Source: Eukaryota sp. TZLM1-RC
Taxonomy: Eukaryota > Protista > Metamonada: BaSk clade
DNA length: 64,000 bases
Reading direction: 5' to 3'
Assembly (NCBI GenBank): GCA_040285825.1
Contig: JAUPSS010000010.1
Coordinates: forward strand, 1,052,881-1,116,880
Below the pieces are notes generated by a model. That model was not told where the DNA came from, did not search any database, and was given only the letters and a program-made list of their open reading frames with translations. This document shows, piece after piece, positions 34,084 to 46,246 of the stretch (position 1 is the first letter of the stretch; each line of letters opens with the position of its first letter). The position numbers and the translations under genes were made by a program.

Positions 34084-34429
34084 GTGCGATTTCACGGCAG
34101 TAATAACATCAATGCTTACAGTAAGGTACTTCCTGAATACAAACCAAAAAGTGCCAAGAAAGAAAAAAGCAGGAAACAGAGGAAAAAGTGAAAAATCAGT
34201 GCAATTGTATTATATTTTTTTGATTCAATAAATTTCTTTATTTATTGGTTATTAATGAGCTTTTTTTTACCAAATATTGTATCAATGGAAAGTGATCATT
34301 GAATTCGGGGTAACTATTTTGAAATTATTTGAAGCAAGATCTGTTTTCAAATTTTATCTCCAATGGGTCACATATTGGAATAATAAATACGTTATTATTT
34401 AGACCTGAAAATCATGATTAAAAATAAGT
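34084..34429 (+). repeat. Right copy of the direct repeat (non-functional duplicate of the EF-hand gene 3' end)
   Basis: Encodes VRFHGSNNINAYSKVLPEYKPKSAKKEK versus VRFEGSNNINAYSEVLPEYKPKSVKKEK in the intact gene. Confidence 0.85.
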
Positions 34430-34439
34430 ATTTTACTAA

Positions 34440-35620
34440 TAAATATTATAAACCATACAGTTGCTTACCTGAAAATCGTCAAGTCACCTATAAGAACAAC
34501 ATCATCCGTATAATAATCATTTTTAAGGACGGAAACATTGCTTGAATATGTAATCAAATTGGATGAATGGCCAGACAAAACAAAAGAGCTCCTTGCTTAA
34601 CACTCCTTGATGATTTCAAAATAAAATCAGCAAAAAACAAATCCGAATTTGTGCTGAAAGATGTACGAAAATATGGCAACAATTCCGGCAAGTACTTGAA
34701 CAAAGTACCATGAATACTGCAACGGTGAATTGAATAAAAGGCATTACTAACATGTATTGGATTCAGTTTAATTAAATAAAACATTTGTAGCAAACCCTGC
34801 TGAAGCAATTTCATCAGTGGTATTGATTCCGTGTTGGAACGGAAACAAATTCTTTTAGCTTTTTCTTTGAATCTATTCAAAGAGTAAGCTGAACATTTTG
34901 TGCAAACCTCCAGAAATTGCAATTAGACGAACATTTTTTTGAATTATTGACAAGTGCAGTCAAACGTAAACATCTTAATTCTTCAGGATATTTAAGCTGG
35001 CCAGCTAAAACTGTATTAAAAAACTTGCTTATAAAATTAAACCATCTTCTGAAGAAATTACCGCAGCTTTGATATGATCTGAAGAAAAATCAGAGAGACT
35101 TGTAGACCTTTCACGTGGTGTTTTAGAATTAACCGAACAACTTCTGATGCAATCAATGAATGGCTTTCCCAATAATTTCCATAATAATTTTGATCTGGCT
35201 GTGGGTCTTCAAATGGATGTAGGTTTTGACTTTATCTGCGGTTCCTTAATTATTGAGATCTTTGACTCCTGGATTTGAAATAGACAATATATTCATTTTC
35301 ACATTTACCACAACTTTCTCAGTGTCTTTATTGCTTCGTTTTTAAAATTAAATTTATTATTTTAAAAGTAAAAAATACAGGGCAGTACCACACAAAAATT
35401 CTGTGCTCACACAAGGTAACTAAAAGAAGAACACCACGCGGCATTAAGCAACAATTATAGTTGTTGAAAGTTTCCACAATCATTTTCATCTATTGATACC
35501 TAGTCAAATAATACTTATCGTGCCGACTACTGAATACATTGACATCTCCAATCAAAGAGGACTTGCTAGTGGAGAGAAAGAAATTGAAAATGTTTGAAAT
35601 ACACCACAAAAACCAATTTA
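34440..35620 (-). mobile_element. Degraded CRE-like RT fragment directly downstream of TRIM copy 3
   Basis: Same junction and same KQG-ALLFCLA deletion as 3292-4463. Confidence 0.85.
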
Positions 35621-35628
35621 TTTACAAA

Positions 35629-37668
35629 CTAAATCCCTTTACTAGCCCATACAATAGAATTGGCAAACAACCTATGACCATCAGTTGAGCTTTGCCAACC
35701 AGAACTTCCAATATCACTACTCCAATAAACACATCCAAACTCCACAATTCTACCTTGTCCTATTTCATTCTTTGCAATTAAAGAACTTCCATTAGACACA
35801 CTTGCCAACAAGGTTCCATTGACAAGTTGGGCATCTTTACGAGCCTCACGAACAACAAAAGAGTTGACATTTGTGAATATTGGGTCATTTGACTTTGTTT
35901 TAACCATGTTTTGTTGTGATCCAAATTCAGTCCAAGTACCCCCACTAAAGCAAGAGTAATTAAACCCTTGGGGGCTTCTTTGTGGATACCAGTTGAACAA
36001 TACCAAACCTTTACCAGCTTCTATCAGCTGGTTTAGGTATTGGCCTGGACAAGAGACATGGTAAGGAGACACCACCACCACATCAAAGGGTTCAAGTTCG
36101 TTGTAATTGTTGAAGGCGTTACTACTTGAATTAATAACAACTTCTAAATCTCCCCAATTTTCAGTTAAACCTTTATTAAGAAAGGTGGTTAGATAGTTAA
36201 TGTGACCTGAAAAAACCCAAACCCCAACACTAATTTTGGTCATCAATTCCCTTCCTAATAAATTTCTGGAAATTTCACCAACATTGTCCCTTGAACAATT
36301 CTTTTTAATAACCTTCTCCAACCATTCTTCTTTTCTTTTATTTAAAGAATTTGTTAAAGTAATGTTTGATAATAAATTACTTGGAATAGTTGGTAATTCT
36401 GGAACTAATTCAAATGAATAATTATCAATAACCTTGCTTAATAACAAAGAATTAGAATGTTGAAGTGCAAAATTAACAACATTAATAAATTCTTGATTGG
36501 AAAACCTACCAAATTCCAATTTAGGAATTACTAAATCAGAATCAATATTAGAAACTAAATGAGATTCAAGGTTAAAGAGCCAAATAAAATCTGAAACATT
36601 AATTGATTTTGAATTATTGATAAAATTAATAATTAATTTTTGTTTTAATTCCAAGTCAATTTCAAGAGGAATTAATTCATCAATTTCATCTCTTGAAGGG
36701 ACACAATCTTGACCAATTTGGGCAGCAAAGACAAGTTCTTGAGCTCTTTTTGAAATATTCAGCTTGTCAACATCAATCAACTCCTTGCCAAGTAATTTAC
36801 CTAATAAAGATAGCTTAAAACCAATAGTTTCAGATTCTAAATTATCAAAACAAATAAAAAAAGTAGTTTTAAATTCATTAACTACATTATAAATCTTTTG
36901 AATCTCTTCTTGAGCTCTTTCCTTGGCAGCACCATCAACAGCAAGGGATTCTTCGACAGTATTTGAGGACTCTAACTGGTGAAGTTTGGTGCCTGACTGT
37001 CTAATCAAATCACCAATCAAATCATGAAGAATTGATTGGGATTGATTGAGGGTTTCCCTTACGACAGATTCGACTTTATCCCCTGATTGAGCTACCAAGG
37101 GAATAATAGTGGAAGTATTGGCTTGAAACTCTTCAATTTGCTTTGTGAAGGCTTCCTTGGCTTGAGAAAAGGAAACGAGAGCTTCGTGGTGAAGTGAGTG
37201 GCCTTGGAGCAAGCCACATGAATCGCATAGAGCAACCTTGCACTTGGTGCAATAATGCTCGATTTGCTTACCCTTATGGTGAAGGCATTTTGGTAGGGAG
37301 ACATTTGAGCGTTCGGAGAGGGGTACGATGTTGTGGGATTGGAACATCTTAACAGAATGGACATGGTCAGAACAGTTCTTGCAAAGAGAAGCATCACAGT
37401 CAGAGCAGAAGAGGGTGGCAGGAGCATCTTCGCATCCTTTGCAGAGTTGAGGTTCGGGAGAGTGTTGAGAGGAGGAATCGATGATGTCGCGTAGAGTGAT
37501 GTTAATACGGTGACACATCGATGGAATCTCCTCGCGGCATTGAGGACAGGTGGAGTTATGCTTCTTTGAGGGCAACAGACATCGATCACGACAGAAGCTA
37601 TGACCACAAGGGAGCGTAGTTGGTTGTTCCATGATCTGAAGGCATATTCCGCATTCTAGGTGAGACAT
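35629..37668 (-). CDS. TRIM-like protein copy 3
   Basis: Same architecture; intact ORF from MSHLEC. Confidence 0.85.
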   Translation of the reverse strand: MSHLECGICLQIMEQPTTLPCGHSFCRDRCLLPSKKHNSTCPQCREEIPSMCHRINITLRDIIDSSSQHSPEPQLCKGCEDAPATLFCSDCDASLCKNCSDHVHSVKMFQSHNIVPLSERSNVSLPKCLHHKGKQIEHYCTKCKVALCDSCGLLQGHSLHHEALVSFSQAKEAFTKQIEEFQANTSTIIPLVAQSGDKVESVVRETLNQSQSILHDLIGDLIRQSGTKLHQLESSNTVEESLAVDGAAKERAQEEIQKIYNVVNEFKTTFFICFDNLESETIGFKLSLLGKLLGKELIDVDKLNISKRAQELVFAAQIGQDCVPSRDEIDELIPLEIDLELKQKLIINFINNSKSINVSDFIWLFNLESHLVSNIDSDLVIPKLEFGRFSNQEFINVVNFALQHSNSLLLSKVIDNYSFELVPELPTIPSNLLSNITLTNSLNKRKEEWLEKVIKKNCSRDNVGEISRNLLGRELMTKISVGVWVFSGHINYLTTFLNKGLTENWGDLEVVINSSSNAFNNYNELEPFDVVVVSPYHVSCPGQYLNQLIEAGKGLVLFNWYPQRSPQGFNYSCFSGGTWTEFGSQQNMVKTKSNDPIFTNVNSFVVREARKDAQLVNGTLLASVSNGSSLIAKNEIGQGRIVEFGCVYWSSDIGSSGWQSSTDGHRLFANSIVWASKGI

Positions 37669-37774
37669 TGGGAGATGAAGATGAGATAATGAATGATGAA
37701 ACAAAATATTTCAAGGTTTTGTTGTTATGCTTACGTGTCCAAAGAAATTCCATTTTCTGCAATTCTTAATATTT

Positions 37775-38580
37775 ATTCCTGGAACAAGTAGATCTTAAAA
37801 CTCAAAAAAAACCTTAACTAATGCTATCACCTGCTCAAACCCCATCAATTGAATGACAGGAGGATTTCGCTATTCACTTTCATAACAACTCGCTTGTTAT
37901 AAAACATTTTAAAAATTCAAAAAGGAGTTAATAACGAGAAAAAACTTTCAATAACAAAAATACTATAGTGTTCTTTCAAATCAAAAAATCAAGTGTCTTT
38001 CTTTGAGAAAATCATTTAGTAAGTGTAAACCTTTATTTCCAATACTACCAGCAAATTGAAATAGCAATTGGGAAAAATTTGTTGTTTCTTCCTCTTGCTG
38101 TACTGAGAAGTTGAAGAAAAACTTTGTATTCTGATTTTGAAAAATCTGCAACTTTCAGCAAATGTCGAATGTCAGAATTGGAACTTTTTTCCACAGAGAT
38201 ACGGTGGTACAATCACTTATAATCAGTTCCATCATAACATACACTCTGATCATCACCTCCTCTCTGGCTCAAACTGAATTTCAAGTCGTTATACTGTGGT
38301 TCTCAACAAACTGGATGATGAGCACATTTTAACAGATCATGAATACAATCACGAACATCATTGTGGCAAATTTACCTTTTTTGATTGATTTCACGGCAAT
38401 AAAAAAGGTGATTAAAAGAACCATAAGCACCACATTTACATTTCATATCTGATAAACATTGAGGAGGAAGGAGAATAAGTCTGATTCGCATGAGGATCAA
38501 AAATGGAATATCGGAGAGCAATAGTCCAAAACGGCAAGGAACATGTGTTGACAAACAAGATGAACTATTTTGAAAAGGAT
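37775..38580 (-). mobile_element. 3' remnant of another RLE non-LTR family (CCHC + RLE + 3' UTR); 3' part repeated at ~48360-48660
   Basis: CKCGAYGSFNHLFYC..CHNDVRD..EP..RGGD; DNA similarity of 37777-38075 to 48363-48662. Confidence 0.65.
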
Positions 38581-39154
38581 TGAAATATTTATGTTTTCGT
38601 TTTGAAAACTACAGATATCCAGAAATGTTTGAAACAATCATCCGAGACAGGACGCAAAACTTTCATTGCAACTGAAGAAGAGTTGTACCCTAATTAAATC
38701 CATTGATGATCATACAGGAAGTTCTTGATTCCGCCCGAAAACGCAGCATTTGATCAAATAGATAAACGTGTTAGGCAAATACCACCATGCTTATGCGTTC
38801 TTATGGCATGAAGGGGTCTATCAAAAATTGAGTTTTCTTAATGAAATTGTTGTTTTACATAGTGAGTGCTGAAATTTGGAGGATTAACTGCTATTTTTAG
38901 TTTTAACAATATAACAAACCATATATCTACAAATAAACTAATTAAATTCCAACTAAAGCAATTAAATTCTAATAGTAATAATTAAATTAAATGTTTTATG
39001 TACACAAAACAATACAAAAAACATAATTAAAATTTAAATGAAACAATAGGGAAATTGGACATGTAGGGCAATAAAACCTGATAATAAATTAAAAAATAGT
39101 AAAAATAAAATCAAAAATAATGAACACAAAATTAAATAAAATTCAACAAAATAA

Positions 39155-40084
39155 TTACGCAATGTTCTTGATATCGAGTAAAGTTCTTAATGAAAACTTG
39201 ATAAACTCCAACTGCTTGAGAATTCTTTCTTCTTTGTTATGACCTTGATCAATATCCACCACCCCTCCAAAAGGCACCATGAACTGATAAAGTCTGGCAT
39301 AGATGTCATTGACAGCGAGTGCAATTGTACTTATTTCAGAAAGTTGTTTTTGGACTGATCTTTTCCTATCCAAGTGTTGAGTTTCTAGTCTTTCATTTTC
39401 CAATTTCCAAGAATCTAAAGTAGACATTAATTGGGAAACTTTGTTTGAATTGATAAGACTAAGATCAGAAGTTAGTTCATTACAATGATTGTTTTCTTTA
39501 AAAGTATTAAGTTCATTGATTATATTGGTTTTTTGAATTTCCAACTGTTCGCCAGTCTTTTTGAGCGCCTCATGACGTGATATGACGTCACCAGGGGCTG
39601 AGAACTCTGATGAACACTCAACGACAGATTCCAAAAAAAGCTTGTATTTTTCATAACTTCCAAACAATTCGTTTATCCTACGTAGATCTTGTTCAAGTTC
39701 TTCCATGGTTCTCCCAGCAGTGGCAATCTCCTCATCCAAATGCTTACATGCTTGAACTTCTTCCTCAGCTCTCTTAGCAGCACGAATGATCTTACGGGAG
39801 GCTTCTTGTTGCTTACCAAGGGCACTCTTTTGGGAACGTTCAAATATGGCAATTTTTTTGTTAATTTCTGCTTCAAAAAGGTCCAATTCTTTGGTTTTTT
39901 CGATATATTCTACACGTACACGATCAAGTTGCTGTTGAGTTTCTCTTTCTTTCTGTCTTGCTTCGAGAAGGCGAGTTATAGATGATTCAATGTTGACAGG
40001 TTGTAATGGAGGTTCATCAAGGATTTCTTCATGTCCAGTTGTAGTAATGAAGGAATTTGGTGGTGGTTTGGATGGATTACCCAT
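39155..40084 (-). CDS. CFAP73/CCDC42-like (DUF4200) ciliary coiled-coil protein
   Basis: TRLLEARQKE..QQQL and YEKYKLFLESVVE..SEF...DVISRHEAL are characteristic of the family. Confidence 0.65.
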   Translation of the reverse strand: MGNPSKPPPNSFITTTGHEEILDEPPLQPVNIESSITRLLEARQKERETQQQLDRVRVEYIEKTKELDLFEAEINKKIAIFERSQKSALGKQQEASRKIIRAAKRAEEEVQACKHLDEEIATAGRTMEELEQDLRRINELFGSYEKYKLFLESVVECSSEFSAPGDVISRHEALKKTGEQLEIQKTNIINELNTFKENNHCNELTSDLSLINSNKVSQLMSTLDSWKLENERLETQHLDRKRSVQKQLSEISTIALAVNDIYARLYQFMVPFGGVVDIDQGHNKEERILKQLEFIKFSLRTLLDIKNIA

Positions 40085-40940
40085 AGATGGTATGTGGGAA
40101 GGGAATTGAAGAGTTTGAGGAGGTGAAAATTGCCAAAAGAGAAATCAACTGTTAATGATTCTTCGGTTGAATACTATTCCCTTTTCTTTTGCCTTCCCTG
40201 CATAATCCCTGCCTAATCCCTTTTTTGTGTTTCTCACTCAATCAGATGCCTCAACCAGTTGCTGCTCCCATTCCTTTAACTATTGATATTATCTACTTTT
40301 GCTGACATTTTTTAATTTGTACCACTTTGTGTCACACTTAACTATGTCTCGCTAGCTTAAACACTTCTTCTACGAAGATTAGTCACTGATTCGGCCTACC
40401 TTGATCAAATGGTCTCATCGGACTTGTCAAAAGACTTGTTTTAAGAATTTTGCAAAATGTGGTATTTCTCAATTTGATGTTCTTTAAGGGAATTTCAATT
40501 GGGTAAGAATAGAAAAACCAAGACCACCCTTACATTTAGGTCAATACAAATGATCCATATTGGCAAATGGAAATGCTAAGGGCATTTCAAGCATCTGCTG
40601 GGTATTGTTCGGATATTGGGTATCACTACAGTAACAGAATAACAACAAAGACTGCTGATGCGACTCCATCACTAGTGTTGATTCCTTATCGGGAAGCTAA
40701 CAAAGTTGTCTTTCGTCATTCTTTGAATCCATTTCAACAATAGGAAATAAACCATTAATTTATTTAATATACAGTTAATTCTTCTAAAATAAAAATACAA
40801 AAAACTAACTCAATAACAACGCCGTTCCTGCCAGCCTCCCCTTAAAAACTGGACCTCTGGTACGGAGGTAAAACGTCCAAACAAAAGTAGGAACCCTCAT
40901 GTAGGAAAAACTGACATATTTTTTTGAGTTTTTTATGACT

Positions 40941-41814
40941 CAGACTAAACGTACCATCGAATGGACCATAAATTACATTTTTTTGAGTTAATGCACCATA
41001 AATTCACTTATGCACCATAAATGGGATTTTTATGGAAAAGATGTAATCAAAATATCTTTATTAAATCTTCAATTTTGTGTCAGTCAGCTTTCTTGGATGG
41101 TGGCAAAAATTTTATTTATGAATTTTCTCGTAGATTTCCTGATGATTCTCATCTGTTAGTTCCCAGTTGCAGTTCTTTTTGGCATGAGTTATCTTGTGAA
41201 CTCGATAGATTGCCGCCACAACTTTGGACCAATTGTTTTCCCCAATCAATTCAAGAAATTCCGAACCGATCTCTTTCTAATTTGCAGTTTTGCTGTAAAA
41301 AGCTTCAACAAAAACTGTCAAAGATTTTTGAAAGCTTGGATTTTGATGTCAGACTTGGCCAGGCCAAGAAAAAGAATCCCGCTTTTGCATATCTTTTACA
41401 AGATATGTGTGATAGTACTTCTTCTGCCTTAGTAACAACAATTCCTCAAGCTTATGGTACCCTCTTATCTGATTCTGCTTGGACTGTAAATATGAGTTTT
41501 CGTTCCTTTATCTGGCCTGATAATTTACCTAATTTAATTTGTAAATGTTCTCGAAATATTACAATCACTCATTTGTTAAATTGTAAACATTTTATTACTT
41601 TTAGAAGCAAGGTTCACGATGCTGTAAGAGACCAATTATATTGTATGTGTAAGTCTCATAGCGAAACTGTCTGCCTGAAGATCAGAGAAGTCCATATACA
41701 AAGCTCAAAGCAAACAGAATGTGGTACGTTTGTAAATTTGTGGTGCGTTTTCATTGTGGTGCATTCACTCAAAAAAATGTAATTTATGGTACATTCTATG
41801 GTACATTTAGTCAG
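40941..41814. mobile_element. MITE-like element with ~80-bp imperfect TIRs enclosing a CRE-like fragment
   Basis: GACTAAACGTACCATCGAATGGACCATAAATTACATTTTTTGAG (left) is inverted at ~41735-41814; repeated GCACCA motifs; no TSD found. Confidence 0.6.
41057..41660 (+). mobile_element. Internal fragment of a CRE-like element (post-RT to CCHC)
   Basis: KSSILCQSAFLDGGKNF...CKCSRNITITHLLNCKHFITFRSKVHDAVRDQ; paralogous to 25010-25610. Confidence 0.8.
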
Positions 41815-42519
41815 GATCTTTTTTATTTTATTTTTATTTTTTTAACAAAACTTTTGAGACCGATGTACAAATGCCTTAGTAGCATTTGGTAGATCCACTC
41901 AGCTACATCAAGTCGCGAGGCTTTGTTTTGTGAAAACAGTAGGTGTATTTAAGTGAGGTAGCCCATTGATGAAGATCATGATTGTCTTTGTCAAATGATG
42001 CTACAGGTCGCTTACAGCCTGTGAGTAAACATTGAGAAAGTTGAAAACAGGAGTGAAATTCACAGTACTTCAATACATTAGTTGGTTAACATCTTAGTTG
42101 ATAAAATATTTGAAGAAAGTGTGCATTTTAAATGGAAACCACAGAAGATCATCCACAATTCAATCACACACATTCGTTTGACTTTTCCTGCACTTGTTCT
42201 TTATTTAATAGAATAAATACTGATTTTTTTATTGACATAACATCTTGTTATTTGTTTAAAAAGTCCATTTAAGAAAATTTGATTTTTTTATAAGAAGACA
42301 AAAAAGAATAATGGGATTTATTGAAAAAATCAAACTAATGGCTAATGGAAGAGAAACCATAATTTTGTTTGGCAGTGGAGGTGATGGGCCATCAAAGATA
42401 AGTGTTTTCCCATGTAATGCGTAGCTGTACGCGTATTGTGATGTTGCTGCTTTAACTATCATTTGATCGTGATATCATATAGTGATAGAACTAAAGTATG
42501 CTTAACTTCTATCAAGATT

Positions 42520-45413
42520 GCATGAATTGGTCAAAAGCTAGAAGTGCGTTTTGTCAGAAATTCACAATAGATCATTCACGACTACTCTAATGGGACTCAA
42601 GTCAAATATTGAATCAAATATTGAGTTTCATTACTTGGATCGGTGTGTTGATGTTTACTACGATGTGAAGAGAAACATTAATGTTTCTGAAAAGCAAGAT
42701 AAGAAAAACTTCTCATCACTCATCAACAAAGTTAGTCTCTCCTTCTAGAAGGATGTAAAGATATTGATGGCGAAACCTCTGCAATGAGAAACAAAGTCTC
42801 ATCAATTACTTCGCTTTTCATTAATGAGGTGGATCCCTCTTGTGCTTTGCAGTAATTCTAAAAGGGAAAAATATTCAAAGTTTGATTTGTAGTTACAATC
42901 AAATTACTATTTGAGGGCAATGTTTTATATTAATAATTATTCACAAGATGAGGAGAGCAAACTGTTTCATGCTCTGCCTTTGAAGAATTCTGGTATTCCC
43001 TCATAATTGACAAGACAAGTTTATTGGACTTGTTCTTTGTCGAATTCGAGGACGTTCTTGGTCAAAAGTCCTCCTACCAATGCAATAATCAAGTTGCTGA
43101 TTTGGTTCTATGGAATACCTTCTTGAAAATGAATGAGATTAAAAACACTGAACTTTATTCAGAAAGTTCCAAGTACATCATGTCTAGCATCGGGACTAAT
43201 GGAATAGTAGTATCATTCATTCAATCTAGAATTGACTTGACCGAAAATCCTTGACGTGATCGATGAGGCAGTAATTAGGTGTCAGCAAATTTCTATTGTT
43301 GGTTTAGAATTCATTTGTAGTTATTATTTGGATCTTTTTGACTTAAACTCTAATGATATTTTACCAAAAATTGAAACGCAATTTTTTCGTGCCGCTTTTC
43401 TTGTGGTCACGTCTCAAAGTGAGGAAGAAAGCTCCCTAAACCCAAAGACAAAAAAAGTTTTGCAAAATTCTTGTTCTGGGCCATTGTTGGAATTTTTCAT
43501 CAACACTTTAAAGAAAAACTTGTTCCAAAAGTTTAATCAAAAAAGGAATAAGTATTATTTTGTATAACAAAATTGACAAACTGATTGTGAATGTCCAAAA
43601 TAACATCCAGAAACATCATTTTGATTATTTGGATCGGTTTGTTGATGTTTTCTATGATGTTAAGAGAAACAACAATGTCCTGAGAAAGCAAGATAAGAAA
43701 AACTTCTCATCATTCATCAGCAAAGTTAAATCTCTCCTTCTGGAAGGATGTACTGATATTGATGGTGAAACTTTTGCAATGAGAAACAAATTCTCATCAA
43801 TTACTTCGCTTTTCATTAATGACCGGATTCCTCTTTTACTTCCCAGTAATTCTTCAATGGAAAAATATTCAAAATTTGATTATTCGTTAAGATCAAATTA
43901 CTATTTGAAGGCAATGTTTTACATTATTAATTATTTAGAAGATGAGGACAGCAAACTCTTTCATGCTTTGCCTTTGAAGAATTCTTGTATTCCCTCCCGC
44001 ATCAAAATTGACAAGACAAGTTTATTGGACTTGTTCTTTGTCCATATCAAGGACATCCTTGGTCAAAGGGCGTCCTACCAATGCAATAATCAAGCTGCTG
44101 ATTTGATTTTTGGAATACCTTTTTGAAAATGGATGAAATTAAAAACACGGAACTTTATTCAGAAAGTTCCAAGTACATCATGTCTAGTATCGAGATTGAT
44201 GGAATAGCAGTAAGTTTCATTCAATCTAGAATTGACTTGAAAAAATACAAAGTAACAGCAAAAGAATTGAAAGATAAAGAAAAATATATTGATGACCACA
44301 CCATTAATCCTTCTGAATTCCAAGATATGACCCTTGCTGCTGCTGATCCAGGGAAATCTAATCTACTCTATTTTTCTGCCAATTTAGCTTCTGGAATGAC
44401 TCATTCAAAAAAACTTGAGAGAGGTAAATATGTTCATTTCAGGTACACTCAAAATCAACACAGATTTGAGTCGAAAAGTTTCAAATTCAAAAGAATAAGA
44501 GACAGCATACGGAATGACACTGTTATCACAATAAGTAAGTCTACTGGTAGAGTAATTGATCTATCCAATCAAGAACCATCTGAAGAGCAACAACAAAGGA
44601 TGGATTTAAGCAGCAGTATAATTAATCAAATGACTGAAAGAACAATTAGTATATTAAGAGGAAAAGTACCTCAAGAAATCAGTATTCCCCACGAAATTGA
44701 TTACTCATTAAATTTGAGAAATAATGATCACACGACTAAATCTGCAGCAGAATGGGAAGCAACTTTATCCCAATTCAATTCCAAAAGCTGCAGGTTTGAT
44801 AGATTTATGGCATATATTCAACAAAAAATTCATGTGAATAGTATTGTTGGTCAAGTCTATCATCAAAAAATATTTAGGAAACTAAGATGGTGGACTGAGA
44901 TTAATCGCACAAGATTTGAGGCGAAAATGATTCTGAGATTCAAATCAGTAATTGGTGATTCCAGTCAAGTAGTTATCGGATTGGAGACTGGGAACAACGA
45001 AAACACATGAAATTCAAAGAACCTACCAAAGGAAAAGGGTAAAGAATTCTGATTAAAAAGGCTGGTTATAAGGTCTTTTTGATTGATGTTTTTCGAATCA
45101 GTTGCTTTGTTTCAACTGTAAGAAAGCGGAGAAAACAGTTAAAACATTCCGATGGTGCAGAAATCCTAGACCATTGAAGAGGCATTAGATGTATATTCGT
45201 CACGGACTTACCATGTGTAAATTGTGCGAAAGTTTGTGGTATAGAGATAAAAATGCTTCGCTGAATATGTTGGAAGTGATGGAAGCACATGTAGAAGGTG
45301 GAGATAGACCGGAATACCTACAGAGAGCCAAGGTTGATGAAAGTTCAAAGAAAAAGCTATCAAGGAGAAAATCTTCCACTTCTGAAAAACTCAGTCCCTC
45401 TACATCGGTGTAA
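42520..45413 (+). pseudogene. Fanzor1-type RNA-guided nuclease gene, frameshifted, with an internal duplication (~42615-43240)
   Basis: N-terminal IDEAVIRCQQISIVGLEFI..LPKI; IDGIAVS; RuvC-I AADPGKSNL; FRKLRW; GDW..FKEPTKG; rearranged RuvC-II IDVFRIS (Glu lost; the 48-kb copy has NDEFRT); CKLC; RuvC-III WYRDKNASLNM; RPEYLQR. Confidence 0.85.
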
Positions 45414-45455
45414 AAAGGACACTTATTTCATTGTTATAGACATCATCTGTAACTA

Positions 45456-46220
45456 ATGGGACGTCGTAAGCTGGTGACAAACTCAAAACTACCTCTTTCT
45501 TCTTCGTCTCAGCGTGCTCGAAATGCAGATAATGCTGATGAATCTCTAACCTTCAACACTATCATAGAAAACTACAAAGACTGGCGACCTTCTTATGTTT
45601 GTCTTTCTCCTTTAGACAGTGCTTTAGACCTTCCTTTCTCCAGTGACCTTCTCTCTGTCTCTGGTTATCATGGCCATAGAATGACTCTTGCGACACATCC
45701 TGCATCTACTGGATTCTGGTACTATGAATCTGTCCGTGGAAAAGGCGATGGTGCAATAAGAATTGGTTGGGCCACTAGAAATGCCGAAATTCACGCTTCT
45801 TGTGGTTTTGATTGTTTTTCCTTTTCTCTCCGTGACTCCGACTGCTCACTGTTTCACCAAGCCAAACGTTACCCTTCTCCACTTCCCAGAACTCTCTCAA
45901 AGGGGGACGTGATTGGTTGTTTGATTTATCAAGGTGTTGAGGTGGAAGGTCTGAAATGTGAATGTGTAAATGATTTTAATATAGATAGAATTGGAAAAGA
46001 TTCCAGTCAAATAATGTATTTTATTAATGGAGAATTATTAAATCTGGCGTTTGTTAATTTTAAAATAACAGAGTATTTTCCGGCCGCTTCTTTATTTAAA
46101 AATGTTGATCTTGACTTTAAATTTGATTATCCTTTTAGATTTAAGCCTGATATACCTGATTTGAATCCAATATCGTCAGCATTTAAGCCGTCGGACCAGC
46201 CTTTTTATAGTATTTCATAG
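45456..46220 (+). CDS. ASH2L/Bre2-like SPRY protein (COMPASS subunit)
   Basis: GHRMTLATH..GFWYYE..IRIGWA..CGFDCFSFSLRD..FHQAK..GDVIGC..YFPAASLF. Confidence 0.75.
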   Translation: MGRRKLVTNSKLPLSSSSQRARNADNADESLTFNTIIENYKDWRPSYVCLSPLDSALDLPFSSDLLSVSGYHGHRMTLATHPASTGFWYYESVRGKGDGAIRIGWATRNAEIHASCGFDCFSFSLRDSDCSLFHQAKRYPSPLPRTLSKGDVIGCLIYQGVEVEGLKCECVNDFNIDRIGKDSSQIMYFINGELLNLAFVNFKITEYFPAASLFKNVDLDFKFDYPFRFKPDIPDLNPISSAFKPSDQPFYSIS

Positions 46221-46246
46221 AAATTATTTATTTATTTTCTATTTTT

